This document shows positions 1 through 8,523 of a DNA stretch of 37,157 nt, piece after piece. The stretch is from a virus (Duplodnaviria; Caudoviricetes). Where the stretch lies: positions 1 through 37,157 of the IMG/VR virus record IMGVR_UViG_3300033417_000033; one strand, written 5' to 3'. Position 1 is the stretch's first letter, and each line of letters starts with the position of its first letter. The translations under genes were made by a program, and so were the position numbers. Under the pieces are notes generated by a model, which worked only from the letters and a program-made list of their open reading frames with translations, was not told the origin of the DNA and made no database searches.

Positions 1-2
1 AG

Positions 3-515
3 TCACTGAGTGGGGTGCAGTCGAGTGGGAAAACGGATGGCGGCACAGGCTCTAACATGTTTGGGCAACTTTTGACTTGGATGCAGGAGTCGAAAGCGAA
101 ACATTATATAGTTGCAACTTGTAATGATATTGAGGAGCTTTTTACCCTTAGTCAGGGCGCGCTTATTCGCCGGTTTGATGATATTTTCTTTGTGGATCTG
201 CCAAGTGCAAGCGAGCGAGCGGAGATATATCAAATCATGCTTGCACGGTATAAGGTAAGCGATCCGGCATTGCTGGCGCTGGATATGGGGGAGTTGGGAA
301 GTGAGTGGACAGGCGCGGAAATTGAGAAGTTTGTGAAGAATGCTATGTATGACGGGCTCGGGGTGGCGCTGGCGAACGTGCGACCAATTGCTCAGCAGAA
401 CCGGGAGAGGATAGCGAAGGCAAGGGAGTGGGCGCGGTATAATGCGATTGCTGCAAATGGGGATGGGGCGATTGAGCAGGTAAAAGGAAGACAAATAAAA
501 GGGGCAGGGGTATGA
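3..515 (+). CDS. AAA+ ATPase, C-terminal part (truncated by window start)
   Basis: Frame open from position 3. Sensor-1 'VATCND', Arg-finger region 'LIRRFDDIFFVDLP', lid motif 'WTGAEIE'. Confidence 0.85.
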   Translation, partial: SLSGVQSSGKTDGGTGSNMFGQLLTWMQESKAKHYIVATCNDIEELFTLSQGALIRRFDDIFFVDLPSASERAEIYQIMLARYKVSDPALLALDMGELGSEWTGAEIEKFVKNAMYDGLGVALANVRPIAQQNRERIAKAREWARYNAIAANGDGAIEQVKGRQIKGAGV

Positions 516-760
516 GGATTAGTAAAGAGGAATTACTGAGACAAGGGGATATTGCAGCGGCGGGCATGTTGGATGCAGCAAGTAAGAATGATGTAATTAT
601 ACTCGGGGAGGTGCACCCTTTTACATTCGCGGCAAGTGTAATGCTGTCACTTGTGTTGATGATTGCAGATTTGGGGAGTTTAGAGCGGGCGGTTGAATTG
701 CTTGAAACTATTAAGGGTGATTTGATGGAAGGACAAATAAATAAAGGGGAGGTGCAGTGA
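512..760 (+). CDS. hypothetical protein
   Basis: 82-aa ORF with ATGA overlap with the upstream gene, in the coding direction of the arm. Confidence 0.7.
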   Translation: MRISKEELLRQGDIAAAGMLDAASKNDVIILGEVHPFTFAASVMLSLVLMIADLGSLERAVELLETIKGDLMEGQINKGEVQ

Positions 761-761
761 T

Positions 762-1649
762 ATGACAATGCAAGCGGAGAATATTTTTGACAAGGGGTGT
801 TTGGTTCAATTGACTATTAGTGTGTGGGGCGGAGCGAAGAAGATTGATGAGGCGAAGGCGAAGGCGGCGCTCGGGAGTGAGTGGGCGCGGGCGAGGAAGG
901 CGCTGATTGACCCTGAGGCACTGAAACCGATAGGGAGGGCGCGGAATGAGGCCCGGGTTTTCTTGCGAGCACGGTCATTGCCTTTTCCCATCCATGGGGT
1001 GATGTTTGTCCCGTTCGAGTCGGTGGGCCGGATAGATGAGCGGTTGCAGGAGATGAAGGCAGGATTTGAAGTGGCTTGTGCTGCTTTCTATCAGGTGTAC
1101 GGTCAATTGAGGGAGGATGCCCGGTCAATGCTTGGAGAATTGTATGATGAAAGCGACTACCCGGCGGATATCAGCCAATTTTTCGCCTTTGACTGGCGTT
1201 TTATTACGATGCAGGCACCGGGCGCGAATAATGTGCTTGATCCGGCCCTCGTGGAGAGGGAACAGGCGAAATTTATAAATACGATGGAGGAGGCAAGAGA
1301 GATGGGCGTTCGAGCGCTTCGTGAGGAGATGGCCGGATTGCTGAAGAATTGTGTTGATCGGCTAAGCGAGCCGGGCGCCGATGGGAAGAAGAAGATATTT
1401 CGTGATTCGATGGTCGGGAATTTCTTCGAATTTTTTGAAACTTTTAAAGAGCGGAATATTTTTGCTGATGCGGAGTTGTCTGCATTGTGCGAGTCGGCTA
1501 AGGCGGTGCTGGGTGGCGTGAAGCCGGAAGATCTACGGGGGGATGACGGGCTGAGGGAGACAGTCCGGGCGAATATGGCGACACTTGCCGGGGTACTGGA
1601 TAATGCAATAGTGGCAATGCCAGGGCGAAGAGTGAAGATGGAGGATTGA
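762..1649 (+). CDS. DUF3150-like phage/ICE protein
   Basis: 'LVQLTISVWG..KK', 'KALIDPEAL' and a helical body resemble DUF3150 proteins, which often sit next to AAA ATPases. GGAGG RBS upstream. Confidence 0.6.
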   Translation: MTMQAENIFDKGCLVQLTISVWGGAKKIDEAKAKAALGSEWARARKALIDPEALKPIGRARNEARVFLRARSLPFPIHGVMFVPFESVGRIDERLQEMKAGFEVACAAFYQVYGQLREDARSMLGELYDESDYPADISQFFAFDWRFITMQAPGANNVLDPALVEREQAKFINTMEEAREMGVRALREEMAGLLKNCVDRLSEPGADGKKKIFRDSMVGNFFEFFETFKERNIFADAELSALCESAKAVLGGVKPEDLRGDDGLRETVRANMATLAGVLDNAIVAMPGRRVKMED

Positions 1650-1665
1650 TCGGGCAGGGTGAGGG

Positions 1666-1698
1666 GAGCGCTTGTCAAAGGGATAGGCGCTCTTTTTT
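1666..1698 (+). terminator. Rho-independent terminator
   Basis: GAGCGCTTGTC-AAAGG-GATAGGCGCTC followed by TTTTTT. Confidence 0.8.
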
Positions 1699-1727
1699 AA
1701 ATTATAACGAATGGTGAGGATAAAGAG

Positions 1728-2366
1728 ATGATAATAAGTCCGGACAATGCGGTAGTAGGGATGGCGGCGGCGAAGGGGAATGATAGCGCGTTTGAATTGC
1801 GTGCGGTTAAAGTAGATCCGGCGGAGAGTATGATCTATGGGAGTAATGGGCATTGTTTGTATTGGTCGAGGTTGGAGCATACAGATGATGAGTTCCCGGA
1901 TTGTGCGATTGCCGGCGCGGTGGCGAGTAAAGAGTGTGTGCTGATTCCGGCGGATAAATTAGAGAAGGCGTTTGCTAGTGTGGCATCGAAAAGTGTTATG
2001 CTGATATTGCAGTGCGTTCAGGTGTTGACGGATGAGACGCATCATCATCTGGTGACAACGGATTGCGATACCGTGCAGGATATGAAGGTGAAGCACTGTG
2101 AGTATGGGGATTGGCCAGCCGTTAAGCAGATACGGCAGGCGGTGGAGGTCGAGCGCGAGAAGGGTCATACGGGGGTGGTGGGAATCTCCCTTGAGGAGTT
2201 AGAGCGCTTGGTCAAGATGACGAAGAAGCTGAGCAAGGGGGAGAAGATGGCGGTGGTTGAATTGGAAATAAATATGATTGATATGGAGCAGAATCCGATC
2301 GGTGTCAAGCTGAGACATCGGGATGATTTCGGGGGGCTGATTATGCCTTGTCTGGTGGGGGGTTGA
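1728..2366 (+). CDS. DNA polymerase III beta-clamp-like protein (partial clamp fold)
   Basis: 'GSNGHCLY' resembles clamp ATDGHRL; 'YGDWPAV' resembles G.YP; C-terminal 'GLIMP' resembles YVLMP. Confidence 0.55.
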   Translation: MIISPDNAVVGMAAAKGNDSAFELRAVKVDPAESMIYGSNGHCLYWSRLEHTDDEFPDCAIAGAVASKECVLIPADKLEKAFASVASKSVMLILQCVQVLTDETHHHLVTTDCDTVQDMKVKHCEYGDWPAVKQIRQAVEVEREKGHTGVVGISLEELERLVKMTKKLSKGEKMAVVELEINMIDMEQNPIGVKLRHRDDFGGLIMPCLVGG

Positions 2367-2857
2367 TGGTAATGTCAAGTGTGATACCATTTGAGCGGTA
2401 TAGTGATGTACCGATACTGACGGATCTGGATACATTGTTGACGGGTGGGGAGAGTTGGCCGATTATTGGGGATCTGCTTACGGCGGCGGATTGTCGGCAG
2501 GTGGTGGCGCGTTTCACGAGTCTGTCCCGGTATGGTGATTGCTTCGAAAAAGCGAGGATTGCTCAGGACTGTTTGCGGTGGGCGGACTTTATGCTGGTAG
2601 CCGGCGAAATGCGCGTAGTCAGTGCGGACGGCGCAGGTTGCTACGGATTTGACTTCAATCCACCAGTGGAGTGTCATTGTTGGCTGACGGATCAGAAGGG
2701 GAGGGTGATTGACTTTGCGCTCCCTGGTGTAATTGAGACAGGTCTGAAGACATGTGACCAGGTGGGGCCGATATTAGTTGGGAGGGTGCCGGCGGTGCTT
2801 GCCGGAATTACACCAAGTTGGCTACGATATGGGGTAAAAGTGAGGTTAGCGCGGTGA
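2365..2857 (+). CDS. hypothetical protein (start uncertain)
   Basis: Long ORF in the coding direction. The ORF track starts at 2348; an ATG near 2365-2374 is more likely. Confidence 0.6.
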
Positions 2858-2958
2858 GTTGATATGGTGAGTAGTAGTAGGTGACGGTCGGGTAAACTGG
2901 CTCTAGGTGGGTGATTTCATTGTTAAATAATTTTTCTTATTTGGATGAAATAAAAAGG

Positions 2959-2988
2959 TTGACTGTTTTTTGATAGAAATGTTAGAAT
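2959..2988 (+). promoter_or_regulatory. sigma70-type promoter
   Basis: TTGACT-18 bp-TAGAAT with extended -10 TG, in an AT-rich intergenic region ahead of the replication operon. Confidence 0.65.
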
Positions 2989-3027
2989 TGTTTCACTTGT
3001 TTAGCTTTGTGGATGATTATTACTTAG

Positions 3028-3243
3028 ATGGGAGGTGAGATAGAGCAGATGGCAGATAGAGAGCAGAAAATACAATGGAGCACAAGAGGGATGTTGGTGA
3101 GGCATCATACGTTGATGCGGCGGCTCGCGGCAGACAAAAGAACGACGATGGAAGAGGTACACAATCGGGCGCTTGAGATTGGGCTGGGGGTGATTGAGCG
3201 GGAGGTATTTGAGCAATTGGTGAGTGAGGAGGTGGGGGGATGA
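3028..3243 (+). CDS. small DNA-binding protein, ribbon-helix-helix-like (start may be ATG 3049)
   Basis: 'HTLMRRLAADKRTTMEEVHNRALEIGL' fits an RHH helix pattern. First gene after the promoter. Confidence 0.55.
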   Translation: MGGEIEQMADREQKIQWSTRGMLVRHHTLMRRLAADKRTTMEEVHNRALEIGLGVIEREVFEQLVSEEVGG

Positions 3244-4187
3244 TTCAGGTAGATAATACACTATTATGTGATGTCGCCAAATGTGACGCCGCCGGGATTG
3301 CTCGTCATGTCTTGCACCTACGCGGCACCGGCGAGAAGGTCGCGGCGGATATCGGGAACTGCTTCCATGCGGGACTGGAGCAGCATTTCAGGGGTGCCGG
3401 TAAAGAGCAGGTGCTGGTAGCATTCCGGGCCGAGCATGCGAAGTTATTCCCGGCGCAACTCCAACCGGAAGAGGATCGCTTCACGCTGGAAAACTGCCTA
3501 CGCATAATGGGCCGATATTGTGACACGAGGCCCGTCGAGCGATTCCCGTTTGTGCCGGTTTCATTTGAGCAGACGGTCGGTTTTCCACTCGCGGAGGACA
3601 TAACGTTCTATGTGAAAAGGGACTTGCTCGTGCAGGATAAGGTCAGCGGCTTGAGTGCGCCCCTGGATCATAAAACGACACGTACAATCAGCGAGTGGTG
3701 GTCCGGGAAGTATCGGATGACGAGTCAGATGAGCGGCTACGTGTGGGCCGGCCAACAGGAAACGGGCCAGCCGATGGGGGAGTGCTATGTGAATGCTCTG
3801 GAGGTGATGAAGGTGCCCAATAGCACGAGAAAGTGCACGACGCATAAGGTGCCCTATGCGGAATGCGGAATTGAACATGTTAAGTTTGAGTTGCTTGTAT
3901 ATGCTCGAAGCCCGGAGATGATCGCACGGTGGAAGGAGGATGCGATTTTGTTGGCCGGGCAATTCGCTCTCCTGCAGAAAGCATTTCCATCGGTGGAATA
4001 TCTTCCGTATGCAAGACGAAATGGGGCATTCAATGACGGGTGTACATTTTGCGAGTTCAAGAAGTGGTGTGCGGTTGGGTTCGATGCTGGGATGGTGAGT
4101 GGGCTGGTAGAGTATGAGCGGTGGGAACCGTGGGCGGTTGGGCAAGGGCAGGATGGGCCGGTGCCGGCAGGCGAATTGCCCTACTGA
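3240..4187 (+). CDS. PD-(D/E)XK exonuclease, Cas4/RecB-like
   Basis: 'GNCFHAGLE', 'RDLL...DHKTT', 'QMSGYVW', and C-terminal 'CTFCEFKKWC' with an N-terminal Cys (possible Fe-S). Confidence 0.85.
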   Translation: MIQVDNTLLCDVAKCDAAGIARHVLHLRGTGEKVAADIGNCFHAGLEQHFRGAGKEQVLVAFRAEHAKLFPAQLQPEEDRFTLENCLRIMGRYCDTRPVERFPFVPVSFEQTVGFPLAEDITFYVKRDLLVQDKVSGLSAPLDHKTTRTISEWWSGKYRMTSQMSGYVWAGQQETGQPMGECYVNALEVMKVPNSTRKCTTHKVPYAECGIEHVKFELLVYARSPEMIARWKEDAILLAGQFALLQKAFPSVEYLPYARRNGAFNDGCTFCEFKKWCAVGFDAGMVSGLVEYERWEPWAVGQGQDGPVPAGELPY

Positions 4188-4297
4188 TACAAGCAGCTGG
4201 TGCCGGGTAGCGCCGGGTGGATGGATTATTGGCGGGCGTGGCCGAGCAGGCAGGGGGAGATGTTGGAGTGGCGAAATCAAATAGGGGGTAAGCTGAA

Positions 4298-4465
4298 ATG
4301 TGGGAAGTAAGAGAGGATGTGGTGAAAGACCGCAAGGGGAATGCTTTGGTTATCTTTTGGCGTATTGAAACGTCAAGCAATAAAAGAAATTTCACGTCAT
4401 TATCTGAACAAGATGCCAGGTGGTTAGTTGAGGTATTGAATGTTCACAATGATAAAGGGAAATAG
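4298..4465 (+). CDS. hypothetical protein (55 aa)
   Basis: Read manually: MWEVREDVVKDRKG...NDKGK*, G-rich RBS upstream. Confidence 0.5.
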   Translation: MWEVREDVVKDRKGNALVIFWRIETSSNKRNFTSLSEQDARWLVEVLNVHNDKGK

Positions 4466-4472
4466 GTGAGTT

Positions 4473-4718
4473 ATGATCCGTTTGATTTTAAAATGTAAAA
4501 GTTGTGGGGAGGAATTGGAGAAAAGCATGCCAGCAATAAATAGCACAAGTGACATGGTGTTGATTGTGAAGGTGTGTGAGAGGTGTGAGATTTCGCAGGA
4601 TGCTTATGAGGAGGTGATGGGGGAGTTGCAGGATTTGCAGCAGCTACTGGCAGAGAAAGAGCAACGGATCGCCGATCTGGAAGCTAAAATTGAACTAGAA
4701 CTAGGAGGTGTCGCGTGA
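4473..4718 (+). CDS. hypothetical Zn-binding/coiled-coil protein
   Basis: CxxC...CxxC followed by a heptad-repeat helix. Confidence 0.65.
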   Translation: MIRLILKCKSCGEELEKSMPAINSTSDMVLIVKVCERCEISQDAYEEVMGELQDLQQLLAEKEQRIADLEAKIELELGGVA

Positions 4719-5500
4719 CAGAGCAGACAGGACAAATAGCAGCAAATAGACCACCTCTTCACCTATTGTTGATGGGTGAGTCAGGATCTGGAAAGGATAC
4801 CTTCGCCGCAACCTGGCCAAAGCCGATGCTGGTTTGGCACCTGGACGGGTATGGGCAAGAGATGCCTTATATGAAGGGGGCCACTAGTGTCAGCGAGATC
4901 CAACAGTATCAGCTCGGTAATAGTGGCTTGATGATTCCGTATCGGGATATTGTGCGGCCGGACGGATTCGTGCGGATTGAGTATTATAGTAGTGATAACC
5001 CGGAGATGCCGAATGCTGTTGCGATGCTGACGGCAAGGATGTCGTATTTTGCAGGTGAGGTCAGTCAGTGGAAGACGCTTGCAGTCGGGAGCCTGAGCAG
5101 TATTTCGTTGGAAGCCCGCCTATATGAGCAATTTGTGCTGAATCCGCAATATAAGGACCCGCGAAAGTGGTTTGGGGCAGCGGCGGACATGCTGGAGCGG
5201 TTGATCGCCTTGCAGAAGGGCTTTCCAATTAATGTCGTCATGATGTGTCATGTGGCGCGGCAGATGGATGAGGTGGATGGTACGATGCTGTATACGCCTG
5301 ATCTGCCTGGGCGATTATCATACGGTGCGGCAAGGTATTTCAATGAAATGTATCGTATGTATGTTGCACGGTTGCCGGACGGGAAAACACAACGGGCTCT
5401 ACAGACGGATAATGATGGGAAATATCAAGCGAAGACGCATATTGATGCTCCAAGCCCTTGTTGGCCAACTTATGATTCATTATGGGTAAATTGGCGGTAG
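4715..5500 (+). CDS. Sak4-like/AAA_24 phage P-loop NTP-binding protein
   Basis: 'LLMGESGSGKDT', 'VVMMCHV', 'PDLPG', 'AKT'. Lies between the nuclease and SSB genes. Confidence 0.75.
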   Translation: MTEQTGQIAANRPPLHLLLMGESGSGKDTFAATWPKPMLVWHLDGYGQEMPYMKGATSVSEIQQYQLGNSGLMIPYRDIVRPDGFVRIEYYSSDNPEMPNAVAMLTARMSYFAGEVSQWKTLAVGSLSSISLEARLYEQFVLNPQYKDPRKWFGAAADMLERLIALQKGFPINVVMMCHVARQMDEVDGTMLYTPDLPGRLSYGAARYFNEMYRMYVARLPDGKTQRALQTDNDGKYQAKTHIDAPSPCWPTYDSLWVNWR

Positions 5501-5562
5501 GAGCTTTTGTTGGAGTTGAAACCGGGCGATTGTGTGTTAAAAATTAAAAGGAGGATGCTAAA

Positions 5563-5664
5563 ATGCGGGAACAGGCAAAAAATTTTGCAATAGCAGCATT
5601 GATTTTACTGATTGCGTGGGCAATATCCTTTATGGCTATTATAACAGCTTTTCCGCCTCCTTGA
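5563..5664 (+). CDS. small membrane peptide (33 aa)
   Basis: AAGGAGG RBS; MREQAKNFAIAALILLIAWAISFMAIITAFPPP*. Confidence 0.55.
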   Translation: MREQAKNFAIAALILLIAWAISFMAIITAFPPP

Positions 5665-5769
5665 TTGTAGATTGGTTCTGCGCTTTGATTGTGATTGTAA
5701 ACTGGTTGTAGCGGGGTAAGACGGGCAATAGTGCCTATTTAACAACAAACGGAGGGGTGGGAGTGTGCT

Positions 5770-5958
5770 ATGTTTATAGAAGTTGTGTGTATTGGGTCGG
5801 ATGATGTTTTAAGGCGGACTTTTATTAATGTGAATAAGATTGAAGCAATAGCGGAAAAGAACGGTGTTACTTTTTTAGGTACAAGTGATGGCATGTTCAA
5901 GGTCACAGACACCGTAGATGATGTCATGAAAAAAATTAACGCGGCAATTGCCGTATAA
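5770..5958 (+). CDS. small FlbD-like hypothetical protein
   Basis: 'FINVNKIEAI...F.VTDTVDDVMKKI' pattern. Confidence 0.5.
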   Translation: MFIEVVCIGSDDVLRRTFINVNKIEAIAEKNGVTFLGTSDGMFKVTDTVDDVMKKINAAIAV

Positions 5959-5987
5959 TCAACCAAAAACAGAAGGAGATTAAAAAA

Positions 5988-6734
5988 ATGCAGAACCAGA
6001 ATTATTTCCCATGGGAAGAAACAAAAGAGGACAATGTATTTCCGACGATGATCGGTCAATTCAAGGTGAAGTCGATTGAGGATGGGCAGTCGAACAATAC
6101 CGGTAAGCGGATGTTCAAGGCGATTTTCGAGTGCGTTGGTCCGGTTGAATTGCAGGGGATGTCTCATTTTGAGAATTACGTGGTCGGAAGTGATGAGCAG
6201 CCGCTGGCGATTGTTGCCGGGGCGATGGGCACCCGCTCGTTTAAAAAGCTTTGCAAGGCAAGCCAGGTACCGCCGAATAATGATATCGTTGTGCTGCTCG
6301 CAAGCTTGGAGAATTCAGATTTGTTGCTGTCGATTGTTGAGTATACTGAGACACAGGAAGGACAGTATAAGGGGACGAAGCGGAATCGGGTAACCGGATA
6401 TTTCAGAGTTGGGGAGAGGCAGATCGGGATTGCGCCTGCGGCAGGTCAGCCAGGGCAGACAAGTGGTCCGGCGATGGCAGGGCAGGCCGCTATGGCACCG
6501 CCTCCGCAGAATGCCCCACCGACACAGCCCGCGCAACCAATGCAGGCACCGCCTGCCCAGCCGACGGCACCACCAACACAACAGCAGCCCGCTCCGATGG
6601 CGCCGCCAGATCAGCAGGCACAGGTCGGCCCGATGCTCCGTTGCACGATCTGTAATCAGGATGTGAGTGCTATGGCCTTCGGGATGCACGTGGCCAGGCA
6701 TCAAAGTGAGCCGGGGTGGAATGGGATCGGTTAA
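5988..6734 (+). CDS. single-stranded DNA-binding protein (DUF669-like) with Pro/Gln linker and C-terminal C2H2-like motif
   Basis: OB-like N-domain ending 'YKGTKRNRVTGY', low-complexity PAQP linker, 'CTIC..HVARH'. AGGAG RBS. Confidence 0.65.
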   Translation: MQNQNYFPWEETKEDNVFPTMIGQFKVKSIEDGQSNNTGKRMFKAIFECVGPVELQGMSHFENYVVGSDEQPLAIVAGAMGTRSFKKLCKASQVPPNNDIVVLLASLENSDLLLSIVEYTETQEGQYKGTKRNRVTGYFRVGERQIGIAPAAGQPGQTSGPAMAGQAAMAPPPQNAPPTQPAQPMQAPPAQPTAPPTQQQPAPMAPPDQQAQVGPMLRCTICNQDVSAMAFGMHVARHQSEPGWNGIG

Positions 6735-6806
6735 TGCTTGCCGGAAAGTGTCTCACTTAAGAGTCGATACTTTCTGACGACAGGGCCGCGACTGTAACGC
6801 GGGATC

Positions 6807-6953
6807 AGAACGGTGGCGGAATTGGTAGACGCACTGCTGGAAAGCTATTCGAAAGATGTTGCAAATATAGCAGATTGACGGTGGAAACAAGCCCTTTTAA
6901 GGATGTCTTACAAGCCCGAAAGCCCAATGTAGGTTCGAATCCTGCCCGTTTTG
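6807..6953 (+). ncRNA. tRNA-like RNA with expanded anticodon/variable region (no assignable anticodon)
   Basis: Acceptor stem AGAACGG/CCGTTTT, Leu/Ser-type D-arm TGGCGGAATTGGTAGACGC, T-arm GTAGG-TTCGAAT-CCTGC, with about 95 nt between D and T arms. Confidence 0.7.
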
Positions 6954-7092
6954 ATTTTTCTTCGCATTATCAAGAATGTCCTGAGCGCTTAAATTCTTAC
7001 ACTGACAGGACATTTTAATATAACCAGGGAAAGAGTGACAGGCCGGAGAGACGGTCATTTTTATCCATTAACAACTAACAAGGAGAGATGAT

Positions 7093-7914
7093 ATGCAAGA
7101 GGATTTCATGCCAGCAATACCAGAGCAAGGAGCGCTTAGTGTGATGGCGACAATGCAGCCTGATCAAAATGCAGAACTCAAGGCGAATATGGAGCTGGCC
7201 CGCGCTGCAAGTGACGCCCAATTCCTGATGATCGTCGGGAAGCAGATGGCGTGGCAGCAGTCGAAGGCGAGCACTCCAACGACTATCACAACGGATGAGG
7301 AGTATGCACAAGCGGTCACAGTGGGTAAGGATATGGCCAGCGCGCTGAAGACACTGGAGGAGGTGCGCCTGTCGTATGTAGCATTCCCAACACGCGTCAT
7401 TGATATGATTAATGGACTATTTCGGCAGACGCGGCGATCGATTGAAGAAAATCGGGAATGGTTGAAGAAGCTGGTGGCGAAGAGGGATCATGAGAAGGAG
7501 CAGGCGCGGGCAAGGGAGCGAGAGGAGGCGCGCCGGTTGAATGAAGAACAAATGCGGACAACGCAGGCGGCAGCAATACAGCAAACCCAGCAAAGTGCTC
7601 CAGTCACAGGTGTGGTGAGTGGTGGAATGTCTTCTTTTGTTTTTATCGATCCGGAAATGCTAGGAGAACCGGAAGCGGAAAATAGCGTGAGCAGCACGAA
7701 GGGACCGGTGGCAGCAAAGGTGCCTGATTTTGATATCACCGTGACTGATAAGGTTGAATTCATGAAGCTGCTGGTGAGCAAGGCGGCGACGCAGATATGG
7801 ATTACGGAACATGCGAGTGAGCTGGTCACGATTGACGTGGAGAAACTCAAGCAGTTGTTGCGGGAGAATCCGGGGAAGAGGAAGGTTGCGGGGTGTGAGA
7901 TTACTAAGCGGTAG
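7093..7914 (+). CDS. phage coiled-coil hypothetical protein
   Basis: 273-aa ORF, AAGGAG RBS, long predicted coiled coil. Confidence 0.75.
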   Translation: MQEDFMPAIPEQGALSVMATMQPDQNAELKANMELARAASDAQFLMIVGKQMAWQQSKASTPTTITTDEEYAQAVTVGKDMASALKTLEEVRLSYVAFPTRVIDMINGLFRQTRRSIEENREWLKKLVAKRDHEKEQARAREREEARRLNEEQMRTTQAAAIQQTQQSAPVTGVVSGGMSSFVFIDPEMLGEPEAENSVSSTKGPVAAKVPDFDITVTDKVEFMKLLVSKAATQIWITEHASELVTIDVEKLKQLLRENPGKRKVAGCEITKR

Positions 7915-7925
7915 GGGGTAGGAGG

Positions 7926-8042
7926 ATGACAAAATGGCATTGGATGATGGAATATTGTAAAAAGAACGGTTATCCTCCAGCGCAAAAATGGGCCTGGGAT
8001 AAAGCAGAAGAGGCTTATAAAAAGGAGATGAATGGGCAATGA
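7926..8042 (+). CDS. hypothetical protein (38 aa)
   Basis: MTKWHWMMEYCKKNGYPPAQKWAW...; ATGA overlap with the next ORF. Confidence 0.5.
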   Translation: MTKWHWMMEYCKKNGYPPAQKWAWDKAEEAYKKEMNGQ

Positions 8043-8236
8043 ACAAAATAACACACCATTGTAATATTTGCTTAGAGTCAAACGAACACACCAAACTAAT
8101 CGGTTTAACTATGAACGAGGCTTGTCAACTTGAAAGGGAAACGTTAAACAAAACAGAGTTGCATATTTGTGTGGATTGTCTAATGGCAATTAAGGTTTTT
8201 AATTTTGATCCTACTGCAATGGAGCTAACAGAATGA
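8039..8236 (+). CDS. small Cys-rich hypothetical protein
   Basis: Two CxxC motifs; ATGA coupling at both ends. Confidence 0.65.
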   Translation: MNKITHHCNICLESNEHTKLIGLTMNEACQLERETLNKTELHICVDCLMAIKVFNFDPTAMELTE

Positions 8237-8523
8237 AAGGAAACGCAAGCTGTCATCTTCCGAATGATCGTTATCGGGAGGGGTGGGAGAGGGTTTTTGG
8301 GGCGAAGAAGTGTTTGAAGTGTGGGAAGGATTGTTCGACGGATTCTGACTCGCTTAATCACAAATACACCGGCGAGTGTGAAACTTGCTGGAACTCTCGC
8401 TGCATTAACTGCTTGAGTGATATGTTTGAAGAGGATGGTACGTGTAAAGGGTGTGGGATTAATCTTAAAAGGTATCGGGATATTGTGACTACTGCGATTG
8501 ATGAACATAAGGTTAAAAAATGA
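8233..8523 (+). CDS. Cys-rich (Zn-ribbon) hypothetical protein
   Basis: Four CxxC motifs; ATGA overlap with polA. Confidence 0.65.
   Translation: MKGNASCHLPNDRYREGWERVFGAKKCLKCGKDCSTDSDSLNHKYTGECETCWNSRCINCLSDMFEEDGTCKGCGINLKRYRDIVTTAIDEHKVKK

Noticed and set aside
6807-6953. Functional tRNA-Leu/Ser or tmRNA
   Set aside because: No 7-nt anticodon loop; too short and no tag ORF for tmRNA.
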